A DNA stretch of 64,000 nt. Source: Pseudomonadota bacterium. GTDB lineage: Bacteria > Desulfobacterota > Desulfarculia > Desulfarculales > Desulfarculaceae. The translations under genes and the position numbers were made by a program. Numbering within the stretch: position 1 is the first letter of the stretch; every line of letters starts with the position of its first letter. The stretch lies in NCBI GenBank assembly GCA_043805555.1, contig JAZDHW010000172.1:1689-65688 (forward strand), given 5' to 3'. Positions 10,418 to 21,366 of the stretch are shown here, in pieces. Under the pieces are notes generated by a model that saw nothing but the letters and a program-made list of their open reading frames with translations, was not told where the DNA came from and made no database searches.

Positions 10418-11431
10418 GTGCTGGGCATCGAAAGCTCCTGCGACGAGACCGCCGCGGCCGTGGTGGCCGACGGCCGCCGGGTGCTATCCAACGTCATCGC
10501 CAGCCAGGTCAAGGACCACGCGCCCTTTGGCGGGGTGGTGCCGGAGTTGGCCAGCCGCCGCCACCTGGAGAACATCGCCCCGGTGGTGCGCGCGGCCCTC
10601 CATGAGGCCGGGATCGGCCTCGACGATCTCACCGGCGTGGCGGTGACCCAGGGGCCGGGCCTGATCGGCGCGCTGTTGGTGGGCCTCAACTTCGCCAAGG
10701 CCCTGGCCTGGGCCCGGCGACTGCCCATCGCCGGCGTCAGCCACCTGGAGGGCCACCTCATGGCCCTGGGCCTGGCCGGGGAGCCCCCGCCCCACCCCCA
10801 CCTGGCGCTACTAGTAAGCGGCGGCCACACCAGCCTCTACCTGGTGAAAGCCCCGCTGGTGCAGGAGGAGCTGGGCCAGACCGTGGACGACGCGGCCGGC
10901 GAGGCCTATGACAAGGTGGCCAAACTCTACGGCCTGGGCTATCCCGGCGGGGCGATCATCGACCGCCTGGCCCATGCCGGCGATCCGGCCGCCATCAGCC
11001 TGCCCCGGCCGCGCCTGCACGACGGCACTCTCGATTTCTCCTTTGCCGGGCTCAAGACCGCGGTGCTCTATTTCCGCGAAAAGCACCAGGGCCAGCCCTA
11101 TCGCATCGAGGACCTCTGCGCCGGCTTCCAGGAGGCCGTGGCCGAGGTGCTGGTCAAGAAGACCATCCGCGCCGCCAGCCAGCGCGGGGTGGGCCACGTG
11201 GCCCTGGCCGGGGGGGTGGCGGCCAACCGCCGTCTGCGCGAGCTTTTGGCCCAGGAGGCCGTTGCCGCCGGCCTGGGCGTCACCCTGCCGCCGCTCGGCC
11301 TGTGCACCGACAACGCCGCCATGATCGCCGCCGCCGGCTGCCATGCCCTGCGCGCCGGCCAGCGTCTCTCCCCGGCCGCCGACGCGGTCAGCCGCCTGCC
11401 CCGCGGCGGCAGCCTGCCGGCCGGGGTCTAA
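10418..11431 (+). CDS. tsaD: tRNA N6-adenosine threonylcarbamoyltransferase
   Basis: The LVLGIESSCDETAAAVV N-terminus and GHTSLY motif are present. The upstream part of the track ORF is repeat sequence. GTG 10418 is the nearest in-frame start, so the start is approximate. Confidence 0.85.
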   Translation: MLGIESSCDETAAAVVADGRRVLSNVIASQVKDHAPFGGVVPELASRRHLENIAPVVRAALHEAGIGLDDLTGVAVTQGPGLIGALLVGLNFAKALAWARRLPIAGVSHLEGHLMALGLAGEPPPHPHLALLVSGGHTSLYLVKAPLVQEELGQTVDDAAGEAYDKVAKLYGLGYPGGAIIDRLAHAGDPAAISLPRPRLHDGTLDFSFAGLKTAVLYFREKHQGQPYRIEDLCAGFQEAVAEVLVKKTIRAASQRGVGHVALAGGVAANRRLRELLAQEAVAAGLGVTLPPLGLCTDNAAMIAAAGCHALRAGQRLSPAADAVSRLPRGGSLPAGV

Positions 11432-11549
11432 TACCAATATGCGATCAAAGCCGTCCCATGGCTTTGCCCGCCGATCGGCTGGGCAAAAGCGCAGTTTTGC
11501 CCAGCCTTAGAGCACTTGCGCGCTCGGCGGGTCAGCCTTGGCCCGCATA

Positions 11550-11588
11550 CCAATCAGCGTTCAAACTATCCGTTTGAACGCTGATTGG
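11550..11588. repeat. Perfect 17-bp-stem hairpin
   Basis: CCAATCAGCGTTCAAAC-tatcc-GTTTGAACGCTGATTGG. Two further hairpins precede it (CAAAGCC..GGCTTTG and GCTGGGCAAAA..TTTTGCCCAGC). Confidence 0.7.
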
Positions 11589-11625
11589 ACTAACCGTTCC
11601 GTCTGCCCAACGAGGAGAATGCGCC

Positions 11626-12042
11626 ATGGAGATTAAACGCGAACCCCAGCTTCGCCAGCTAGCCAACCTGAAGCAGGAACACTTCGGCGAGGTCTTCCGC
11701 CAGGTGCTGTTCTCGCCGGAGACCACCGGCAACAACTACCTGAAGATGGCTTACATCAACGTGCCAGCCGGCGCGCAGGGCACCCCCCACCACCATCTCG
11801 GCGAGGAGATCGTCTACACCATCAGCGGCCACGCGGTGCTGCCCATGCGGGGGGTCGACTATCACCTGACCGCGGGCACCTGCCTGCTCATCCCGCCCGA
11901 CACCGCCCACCCGGCCCGGGTGTTGGGCGAGGAGCCCTGGGTGGCGGTGGCCGCCTACTGCGACGAGTGCCCGGTGCTCAAGAAGACCCTGGGCAAGGAG
12001 GGCCAGGCCTATCCCCTGGACGTGCCGGCCGGCCAGGAGTAG
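11626..12042 (+). CDS. Cupin-domain protein
   Basis: Cupin motifs GTPHHHLGEEIVYTISG and LLIPPDTAHPARV. Confidence 0.7.
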   Translation: MEIKREPQLRQLANLKQEHFGEVFRQVLFSPETTGNNYLKMAYINVPAGAQGTPHHHLGEEIVYTISGHAVLPMRGVDYHLTAGTCLLIPPDTAHPARVLGEEPWVAVAAYCDECPVLKKTLGKEGQAYPLDVPAGQE

Positions 12043-12064
12043 CGCCCGCGCCACAAAAACCACG

Positions 12065-12091
12065 GGGGCCGGGAGCTGATCTCCCGGCCCC
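12065..12091. terminator. Bidirectional rho-independent terminator candidate between convergent genes
   Basis: GGGGCCGGGAG-ctgat-CTCCCGGCCCC is flanked by an A5 run upstream (T5 on the minus strand) and TTT downstream. Confidence 0.55.
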
Positions 12092-12115
12092 GCGCGTTTA
12101 CCGCCTGGGCGGTGA

Positions 12116-12652
12116 TTACATGCGCTGCATGACGATGCTGTGCTCGCCGGTGTCCATGTACAGGTGGTTGCCCTCGATGTGGAAGCGGGCGTTGATCACG
12201 TAGTCGTCCTGGTTCAGGATCAGGGTCGAGCCCACCACCCGGTAGCGCTCCACCTCCTCCCTCACCTGGCCCGACTGCTCCACCTTGGTGTTGAGCGCGG
12301 TGCCGTCGGCCCGGAAATGGACCCTCCACTCCCGATAGGTGTGGCCGGGCCTGGGCACGATGCTGGTCACCAGCCAGCGGGTGCCGGCCAGGGGCTGCAC
12401 CTCCACCGCCTTGACCTGCTTGCGGTGGCCCACCTCCTGCTTGTCCACCTCGTTGCCGATGATATAGCCCAGGCCCAGGCCCACGCCGGCCCCCAGCAGG
12501 GTGGCCCCGGTGTTGCCGCCAATGGCCTGGCCGATCAGGGCCCCCAGGCCCGCGCCCGCCCCGGCCCCGGTCTGGGCCTTGGTGGCGCAGCCCGCGCCCG
12601 GGGCGACCATAAACGCCAGCAGGACCGCAATCGCTCCCAACCTTGTTTTCAT
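12116..12652 (-). CDS. Lipoprotein with a glycine-zipper segment plus a C-terminal beta-rich domain
   Basis: Lipobox LAFMVAPGAGC and glycine zipper GLGALIGQAIGGNTGATLLGAGVGLGLGYIIGNE. Confidence 0.6.
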   Translation of the reverse strand: MKTRLGAIAVLLAFMVAPGAGCATKAQTGAGAGAGLGALIGQAIGGNTGATLLGAGVGLGLGYIIGNEVDKQEVGHRKQVKAVEVQPLAGTRWLVTSIVPRPGHTYREWRVHFRADGTALNTKVEQSGQVREEVERYRVVGSTLILNQDDYVINARFHIEGNHLYMDTGEHSIVMQRM

Positions 12653-12731
12653 GCGCGCATTCCTTTCGCTTCAGCTTGCCGCCGGGATTGGGCCGCGGCG
12701 CCGGGGCAGGCTCCCGGCGCCGGGCGCGGCC

Positions 12732-12977
12732 CTACTTGCCGTTGGACTTGGCGTCGTTCTTGTCCATCTCGTTGCCGATGATGTAGCCCAGGCCCAGGCC
12801 CACGCCGGTGCCCAACAGGGTGGCCCCCGTGTTGCCGCCGATGGCCTGGCCGAGCAGGGCGCCGGTGCCCGCGCCCACCGCGGCCCCGGTCTGGCCCTTG
12901 GTGGCGCAGCCCGCGCCCAGTCCAACCACCACGCTCAAGAGGAGCGCTGTAGCCGCCATCTTCTTGAAGCTGTACAT
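12732..12977 (-). CDS. Small glycine-zipper lipoprotein, paralogous to the N-terminus of the neighbouring gene
   Basis: Lipobox VVGLGAGC and GTGALLGQAIGGNTGATLLGTGVGLGLGYIIGNE, nearly identical to residues in the 12116-12652 product. Confidence 0.55.
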   Translation of the reverse strand: MYSFKKMAATALLLSVVVGLGAGCATKGQTGAAVGAGTGALLGQAIGGNTGATLLGTGVGLGLGYIIGNEMDKNDAKSNGK

Positions 12978-13164
12978 TTTGTGCTCCTTTCTCCGGGCCT
13001 GGGCCCTGGGGCCGGCCCTTCACTCGGCACTACGGCCCTCCACGATCTCTCTAACATATAATCTAAGCATCTCAGTCCGGGTGGACACAACTTTTTAGCG
13101 ACTGGTACCCTATACTCCATGCGCCGCCCGGCGCGCCGCCGCTCACCCGCAGCCCGGAAAGCCC

Positions 13165-13830
13165 ATGCCTTATCGCGCCGTGTTATTCGATCTGGACGGC
13201 ACCCTGCTGGACAGCCTGGCCGACCTGGCTGACGCCGCCAACCACATGCTGGCCGACCTGGGCCACCCCGGCCACCCCCAGGACGCCTTTCGCTACTTCA
13301 TCGGCGAGGGGGTGGAAAAGCTGGTGGAGCGCGCCCTGCCCGCCGGGAGCCGCGATCCCGCCCACCTGGCCGCGGCCACCGGGCGCCTGCGCGAGCACTA
13401 CGCCCGCGACTGGGCGGTGAAAACCAGGCCCTATGCCGGCATCCCGGATCTGGTGGCCGCCCTGGCCGGCCGGGGGCTGACCCAGGTGGTGCTCTCCAAC
13501 AAGCCCGACGACTTCACTCGCCTGATGATAGAGCATTATTTCCCGGAAAAACCCTTCCGGATGGTGCGCGGAGCCCTGGCCGGGGTGGCCAAGAAACCCG
13601 ACCCGGCCGCGGCCGTGGCCATCGCCGCCGAGCTGGGCCTCGCCCCGGCCGAGTTCCTCTATCTGGGCGACTCGGCCATCGACATGCAGACTGCCACGCG
13701 GGCTGGCATGCACGCGGTGGGCGCGGCCTGGGGATTCCGCACTTGCCAGGAATTATTGGAAAACGGGGCGCGCCAGGTCATCGCCGCGCCCTGGGACCTG
13801 CTGTCCCTGCTGCCGCCGGAGGCCGCATGA
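13165..13830 (+). CDS. HAD-superfamily phosphatase (phosphoglycolate phosphatase-like)
   Basis: DxDGT motif VLFDLDGTLLDS, SNKP and YLGDSAIDMQTA. Confidence 0.8.
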   Translation: MPYRAVLFDLDGTLLDSLADLADAANHMLADLGHPGHPQDAFRYFIGEGVEKLVERALPAGSRDPAHLAAATGRLREHYARDWAVKTRPYAGIPDLVAALAGRGLTQVVLSNKPDDFTRLMIEHYFPEKPFRMVRGALAGVAKKPDPAAAVAIAAELGLAPAEFLYLGDSAIDMQTATRAGMHAVGAAWGFRTCQELLENGARQVIAAPWDLLSLLPPEAA

Positions 13831-14699
13831 ACCACCCCGGCCAGTTGCTCAAGACCCACAACCTGCGCGCCAGCAAGGCCCGGGGCCAGAACTTCCTGAC
13901 CCAGCCCGCCAGCGCCGCGGCCATCGCCCGCGCGGCCAACATCACCCCGGAGGACGTGGTGGTGGAGATCGGCGGCGGCCTGGGGGCCCTGACCCTGGCG
14001 CTGGCCCCCCTGGCGCAGCGGGTGATCAGCCTGGAGGTGGACCGGGGCCTCCTGCCGGTGTTGCAGGCGTTGCTGGACGAGGCCGGGGCGGCCAACGTGG
14101 AGGTGCGCCTGGCCGACGCCCTGGACTTTGCCTGGGCCGCCGAGGCCGCGGCCGCCGGCCGGCCCCTGGTCGTGGCCGGCAACCTGCCCTACGCCATCAG
14201 TTCGCCTCTGCTTTTCGCCCTGGTGGAGAACCGGGCGCACTGGACCGGCGCGACTTTGATGGTGCAGCGCGAGGTGGCCCAGCGCCTGGTGGCCGGGCCG
14301 GGAGGCAAGGATTACGGGCGCTTGGCGGTGCTGATCCAGACCTGGTGCACCACCCGGCCGGGCATGGTGCTGGGGCCGGACCAGTTTTTCCCCCGCCCGG
14401 CGGTGGAGAGCCAGGTGGTGCACCTGACCCCGCGCGAGGCGCCTTTGGTGGCTTGGGCAATGGGTGAAAAAGGCCAGTGGTTCGCCCAGGTGGTCAAGGC
14501 GGCCTTCAGCCAGCGCCGCAAGACGCTCCTCAACAGCCTGGCCGCCGGCCTGGGCCTGGAAAAGCCCCTGGTGGCCGCCGCCCTGGCGCGGGCGGGCGTG
14601 GATCCCGGCCGCCGGGCCGAGGCGCTGGGCATCCCCGAACTGGGGGCCGTGGCCGCCGTCCTGCCCGGCGCACCGGCCGAACTAGCCGCGCCGGCCTAG
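13827..14699 (+). CDS. rsmA: 16S rRNA (adenine1518/1519-N6)-dimethyltransferase
   Basis: The sequence contains KARGQNFL and EIGGGLGALT. The ATG at 13827 overlaps the upstream stop (ATGA), so the 13743 start in the track is too long. Confidence 0.9.
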   Translation: MNHPGQLLKTHNLRASKARGQNFLTQPASAAAIARAANITPEDVVVEIGGGLGALTLALAPLAQRVISLEVDRGLLPVLQALLDEAGAANVEVRLADALDFAWAAEAAAAGRPLVVAGNLPYAISSPLLFALVENRAHWTGATLMVQREVAQRLVAGPGGKDYGRLAVLIQTWCTTRPGMVLGPDQFFPRPAVESQVVHLTPREAPLVAWAMGEKGQWFAQVVKAAFSQRRKTLLNSLAAGLGLEKPLVAAALARAGVDPGRRAEALGIPELGAVAAVLPGAPAELAAPA

Positions 14700-14713
14700 C
14701 TGGCCTGGCAGGC

Positions 14714-14908
14714 CTACCTGGCCGGCAGGGCCTGGGGCGGGCGCAGGGCCGGGGCGCGGTGGCGGCGCACCACCTGCATGCTCCAGCCGCAGGCGCAGCG
14801 CAGGCCGCGGCCCGGGGCCAACTCGCAGCGGCCCGCGGCGAGCTGCCGCCCGCAACGGGGGCAGGTCAGGGCCATGACCGGCTGGGGTTGTTTTTTGTCA
14901 TGAGGCAT
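14714..14908 (-). CDS. Possible small zinc-ribbon protein
   Basis: Only a CPRCG...CACG cysteine pattern supports it. It is short and the high-GC context makes this weak. Confidence 0.25.
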   Translation of the reverse strand: MPHDKKQPQPVMALTCPRCGRQLAAGRCELAPGRGLRCACGWSMQVVRRHRAPALRPPQALPAR

Positions 14909-15072
14909 GAGGCCTCTCTCCCTGGGGTTGGCGCTGGGGTTGGCGCTGGCGCGGGCAGGCGAATGGTTTTAGTCTAGCACAAACGCACCCACATATTGTG
15001 GCAGCAGCATTACAAATGCACAATATAGTGTGCATGGTTGCACATGATTGTGACGCCGGGCCGATGCGGGTG

Positions 15073-15101
15073 TTGACAGGCCGGCCGGCCTGTGCTATTT
15101 G
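15073..15101 (+). promoter_or_regulatory. Sigma-70-type promoter candidate ~190 nt upstream of panC
   Basis: TTGACA, a 17-nt spacer, then TATTTG. Confidence 0.4.
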
Positions 15102-15290
15102 CTGCCCTGGTCCTGGAGCCGGCAGAGGCCTGGACCAATGCCCGAGGGTGCCTTATAATTACTAAGATTCCGGCGGCGCGCCAGCGGCCGCGCGAGCCCC
15201 AGGGGGGCCGGGCAGGCCGCGCAGAGGCGGGCCGGGATGGCACCATAACCGCTTGGATTAGCCGGTGCGCCGGCGACCGGGACGGTGGAG

Positions 15291-16148
15291 ATGAGCCAAA
15301 CCCCTCTCGTCATCGAGAATCCCCGCGAGATGCGCGCCTACAGCGCCGCGGCCAAGGCCCGCGGCGAGCGGGTCGGCTTTGTCCCCACCATGGGCGCCCT
15401 GCACCAGGGCCACCTCTCCTTGATCCAGTTCGCCCGCCAGCACTGCGACCGGCTGGTGGTGAGCATCTTCGTCAATCCCCTGCAATTCAACCAGGCCAGC
15501 GACCTGGACAAGTATCCGCGCACCTTCCCGGCCGACAGCGCGCTCTGCGCCGGCGCCGGGGTGGACGTGATCTACTTCCCGGACCTAAAAGCCATGTATC
15601 CCGAGGGCTTCCAGACCAAGGTCAGCCTCGGGCGCATGACCGAGGGCCTGTGCGGGGCCTTCCGGCCGGGGCATTTCGACGGCGTGACCACGGTGGTGCT
15701 GAAGCTCTTCAACGCCGTGCTGCCGGACATCGCCGCCTTTGGCGAAAAGGACTACCAGCAACTGGCCGTCATCCAACGCATGGCGGCCGACCTGGACCTG
15801 GCGGTGGAGGTGGTGGGCCGGCCCACCGGGCGCGAACCCGACGGGCTTGCACTCTCCAGCCGCAATGTCCATCTTTCCGCCCAAGAGCGCGCCGAGGCCC
15901 TGTGCCTGTGGCGGGGGCTCTGTGCAGCCCGGGCCCTGGCCCAGGCCGGCGAGACCCACGCGGCGGCGGTCAAGGCCGCGGCCCGGGCCCCCATCGCGGC
16001 CGCTGCGGGCATCAAGCTGGAGTATCTGGAAATAGTGGACTCCACAACCCTGGAGCCGCTCACGCGCCTGGATCGTCCGGCGCGCATGGCGGTGGCGGCC
16101 TGGGCGGGGGGTACCCGGCTCATAGACAACCTGGCCTTGAATTACTAG
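15291..16148 (+). CDS. panC: Pantoate--beta-alanine ligase
   Basis: The sequence contains VGFVPTMGALHQGHLSLI and FGEKDYQQ. The ATG at 15291 is preceded by GGTGGAG, although the track starts at GTG 15285. Confidence 0.9.
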   Translation: MSQTPLVIENPREMRAYSAAAKARGERVGFVPTMGALHQGHLSLIQFARQHCDRLVVSIFVNPLQFNQASDLDKYPRTFPADSALCAGAGVDVIYFPDLKAMYPEGFQTKVSLGRMTEGLCGAFRPGHFDGVTTVVLKLFNAVLPDIAAFGEKDYQQLAVIQRMAADLDLAVEVVGRPTGREPDGLALSSRNVHLSAQERAEALCLWRGLCAARALAQAGETHAAAVKAAARAPIAAAAGIKLEYLEIVDSTTLEPLTRLDRPARMAVAAWAGGTRLIDNLALNY

Positions 16149-16166
16149 CCAGGGAGAGGTAGCACC

Positions 16167-16556
16167 ATGCAGCGCTTCATGATGAAGTCCAAAATTCACC
16201 GCGCCACGATCACCCAGGCCGATCTGCACTACGAGGGCAGCCTGACCGTGGACCAGGAGTTATTGGACGCCGCCCAGATGGTCCCCTACGAGATGGTGAA
16301 GGTCTACAACGTCGACAACGGCGAGCGGTTCGAGACCTACGTCATCCCCGGCCCGCGCCATAGCGGGGTGATCTGCTTAAACGGCGCCGCCGCCCGCAAG
16401 GGCATGGTGGGCGATCTCCTCATCATCGTCACCACCTGCGTGCTGGAGGAGGCCGAAGTGGCCAAGCACAAGCCGGTGGTGGTCCTGGTGGACGGCGAGA
16501 ACCGCATCAAGAAGGAATCCGACGGCGAGACGGCCTTCCTCAAGGTGGCCCACTAA
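16167..16556 (+). CDS. panD: Aspartate 1-decarboxylase
   Basis: The sequence contains MMKSKIHRATITQADLHYEGSLTVD and the NGAAAR motif. Confidence 0.9.
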   Translation: MQRFMMKSKIHRATITQADLHYEGSLTVDQELLDAAQMVPYEMVKVYNVDNGERFETYVIPGPRHSGVICLNGAAARKGMVGDLLIIVTTCVLEEAEVAKHKPVVVLVDGENRIKKESDGETAFLKVAH

Positions 16557-16918
16557 GCTCCTGCCGGGAAAAGCCATCCATGGCCCGCATGGGAGCCTGC
16601 CGGCGGGGTTTCTCCGCCAGGCTCCCAGCCGCCCCGCGTTTCCCGCCTGCCCCCCGCCGGCCGCGGCGGTTCTGACGGCCCAGGCCATAGGCTGGGGCTC
16701 TGGGTACCATAGGAGTGCGCCTGCTCCGGCCCCGGCCTTTTAGGCCGGTCCCGGCCCGGCCGTCCGGCCCCGGAATCCGGCCCGTCCCGCCCGCCCGCGG
16801 GCCGGATTTTCAGCCTTGTCATTAAAGTTTCACATCCGCGCCTGCCCGAGGTTCAAATCGATTTTAAGCTGTTTTTTAAGTATATTATCCACCAAGGCCA
16901 CCCCCGGGGCGCTCTGCC

Positions 16919-16947
16919 TTGACACAAACCGGCCCGGATGGTTAAAT
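16919..16947 (+). promoter_or_regulatory. Sigma-70-type promoter candidate for metK-ahcY
   Basis: The elements are TTGACA, a 17-nt spacer and TTAAAT. An AT-rich tract lies upstream. The leader to ATG 16982 is about 30 nt and carries a GGAG RBS. Confidence 0.45.
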
Positions 16948-16981
16948 CATCGGTCTCGACTTAATTAAAAGGAGCAACGGC

Positions 16982-19446
<2,465 letters not shown>

Positions 19447-19453
19447 AAGTAGT

Positions 19454-19487
19454 GACGCCCAAAGTCCATCCTTGGACTTGGGGCGTC
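19454..19487. repeat. Hairpin of the CCATCC-TGG apex family
   Basis: GACGCCCAAAGTCCATCCTTGGACTTGGGGCGTC, immediately after the ahcY stop. Confidence 0.6.
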
Positions 19488-19607
19488 CCGCTTGGCCGGG
19501 CTAACTCCGCCCAGCCGCCCGAAAAACTGGTCCCTGCCAGACCGCGCTTTTCGGGCGGGCCACCCCCGGCCCGCATTAGGCGCCATCGAGCCCCCCAGCC
19601 CCCCCAG

Positions 19608-19637
19608 CCCCGCCGGCCCGCCCGGCGGGGCTTTTTC
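19608..19637 (+). terminator. Rho-independent terminator candidate
   Basis: CCCCGCCGG-cccgc-CCGGCGGGG followed by CTTTTTC. Confidence 0.6.
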
Positions 19638-19713
19638 GCGCCCGGCCCCCGGCCCCCACCCGCCCCTCGGCCCGGAGCTCGCCGGGGTGGTTGGTGATTT
19701 TTTTCCGCACCGC

Positions 19714-19742
19714 TTGACTTCCCATGGCAAGGCCTGTACCAT
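19714..19742 (+). promoter_or_regulatory. Sigma-70-type promoter candidate for the RRM gene, implying a ~150-nt leader
   Basis: TTGACT, a 17-nt spacer, then TACCAT. Confidence 0.35.
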
Positions 19743-19892
19743 TCTTTCCTGAAGACCAATTAGCCACTATCCTGCATCAGCCCCTTGGGCGCACCCGCGC
19801 CACAGCATAGCTTGCAAGTAAGGCTCGTTGGACCGACCGAATCCCCCGGCATCGGGTCGGGGAGGGGTTTACTTTTCTTTGGAGAATGTTAA

Positions 19893-20174
19893 GTGAGCAA
19901 GAAGATTTACGTGGGAAACCTGCCCTGGAGCACCTCTGACGATTCCCTGCGCGACATGTTCGCCCGTCACGGCGAGGTCATTTCGGCCCGGGTCATCACC
20001 GACCGCGACACCGGCCGCTCCCGGGGCTTTGGTTTCGTCGAGATGGAGGGCGAGGCTGCCGACGCCGCCATCCGCGCCCTGGACGGCGCCAGCATGGAGG
20101 GCCGCAACTTGCGCGTCAACCAGGCCCAGGAGCGCGACAGCCGCCCCCAGCAGCAGCAGCGCAGCCGCTGGTAG
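19893..20174 (+). CDS. RRM-type RNA-binding protein
   Basis: RNP1/RNP2 motifs are KIYVGNLPW and RGFGFVEM. The start is a GTG with GGAG 8 nt upstream. Confidence 0.85.
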   Translation: MSKKIYVGNLPWSTSDDSLRDMFARHGEVISARVITDRDTGRSRGFGFVEMEGEAADAAIRALDGASMEGRNLRVNQAQERDSRPQQQQRSRW

Positions 20175-20204
20175 GCGCCTGAAAAGGGCCCAACCCGCCC
20201 ATTT

Positions 20205-20245
20205 CGGCCCCGTCCCGGACCCACCGGGGCGGGGCCGTCTTTTTT
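20205..20245 (+). terminator. Rho-independent terminator
   Basis: CGGCCCCG...CGGGGCCG stem followed by TCTTTTTTG. Confidence 0.7.
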
Positions 20246-20326
20246 GTGGCCGCCGGCCGGGCCCGCCTTGCGCGCTTTCGCCGGCCGCCCGGCCCGCGGT
20301 GTGGTACAAACTATGGCCAGGCGAGC

Positions 20327-21217
20327 ATGACCCGATTGCCAAGCGAGCGGCCCTTGTCAAAATCGAGCCCCAACCAGCCACCGCACCCCCCGCCGCCGGC
20401 CGGCCCCGGCCCCCTGACCCAGGTGAGCACCCTGCAACGGGACGCGGCCGGCCTGCGCGCCGCCGACCAGATGGTCTGCCAAGAGGCGCCGGTGGAGATC
20501 CGGCTCAACGGCCGCTCCCAGGTCATCCTCATGGCCACGCCCATGCAACTGGAGGAGCTGGCCCTGGGCTACTGCGTGAGCGAGGGCGTGGTGCAGGAGG
20601 CGGCCCAGGTGCAGGGGCTCGGCCTGGGCGCGGCCGAGCTGCCCGCGGTGGGCCCGGCCCACTGGGTGGACGTGACCCTGGCGCCGGAGCTGGCCCGCGC
20701 CGCGCGGACCCGGCGGGTGGCCCCGGCCGCCACCTCCTGCGGCCTGTGCGGCCTGGAATCCTTGCAGGAGCTGCCGGACGACCTGACCCCACTGCCCGCG
20801 CCCCGGCCGCTCACGGAGCTGGCCGGCGTGTTCCGCCTGCTGGCCGGCCTGGAGGCGGCGCAGGCCTTGTTCGCCCGCACCGGCGGCGCCCACGCCGCGG
20901 CCCTGGGCAGGGCCGACGGCGCGCTGGTCAGCGTGGCCGAGGACATCGGCCGCCACAACGCCCTGGACAAGGCCCTGGGCATTGCCCATCGGGCGGGCGG
21001 CTGGGACCCGGCCCGGGGCCTGGCCGTCTTGAGCGGGCGCATGAGCTATGAGATGGCCATGAAAATCGCCCGCGCCGGCATCCCGGTGGTGGCCTCGGTC
21101 TCCGCGCCCACCGGCCTGTGCGTGCGCCTGCTGCAGCAGTTGAACATCACCCTGATCGCCTTCTGCCGGCCGCCCCGGGCCACCATCTTCACCCACCCCG
21201 AGCGGATCATAACCTAG
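20327..21217 (+). CDS. fdhD: FdhD-family sulfurtransferase (formate dehydrogenase accessory protein)
   Basis: VEIRLNG, SCGLCG, GGAHAAAL, EDIGRHNALDK and VLSGRMSYEM. The ATG at 20327 lies downstream of the terminator. Confidence 0.8.
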   Translation: MTRLPSERPLSKSSPNQPPHPPPPAGPGPLTQVSTLQRDAAGLRAADQMVCQEAPVEIRLNGRSQVILMATPMQLEELALGYCVSEGVVQEAAQVQGLGLGAAELPAVGPAHWVDVTLAPELARAARTRRVAPAATSCGLCGLESLQELPDDLTPLPAPRPLTELAGVFRLLAGLEAAQALFARTGGAHAAALGRADGALVSVAEDIGRHNALDKALGIAHRAGGWDPARGLAVLSGRMSYEMAMKIARAGIPVVASVSAPTGLCVRLLQQLNITLIAFCRPPRATIFTHPERIIT

Positions 21218-21267
21218 GGCCTGTTAACACTATCCGCCTACTGGCCAGTTAAGACTGGGGGCCGGTA

Positions 21268-21345
21268 GCAGGCTTGAGCCCCCGGCGGTCAAGGGTTGCA
21301 CGAGCTGGCCAGGCCGGCCCTTGTCCGCCGGGGGCTCAAGCCTGC
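21268..21345. terminator. Long hairpin (21-bp perfect arms plus an inner stem) between convergent genes
   Basis: GCAGGCTTGAGCCCCCGGCGG ... CCGCCGGGGGCTCAAGCCTGC, with an inner CAAGGG/CCCTTG stem. Confidence 0.5.
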
Positions 21346-21366
21346 TCTCATTGTATCAACCCGCCC

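Noticed and set aside
16823-16981. Possible SAM or SAH riboswitch ahead of metK-ahcY
   Set aside because: The best promoter leaves a leader of only ~30 nt, and the 20-nt metK-ahcY gap is too short. I saw no recognisable riboswitch core.
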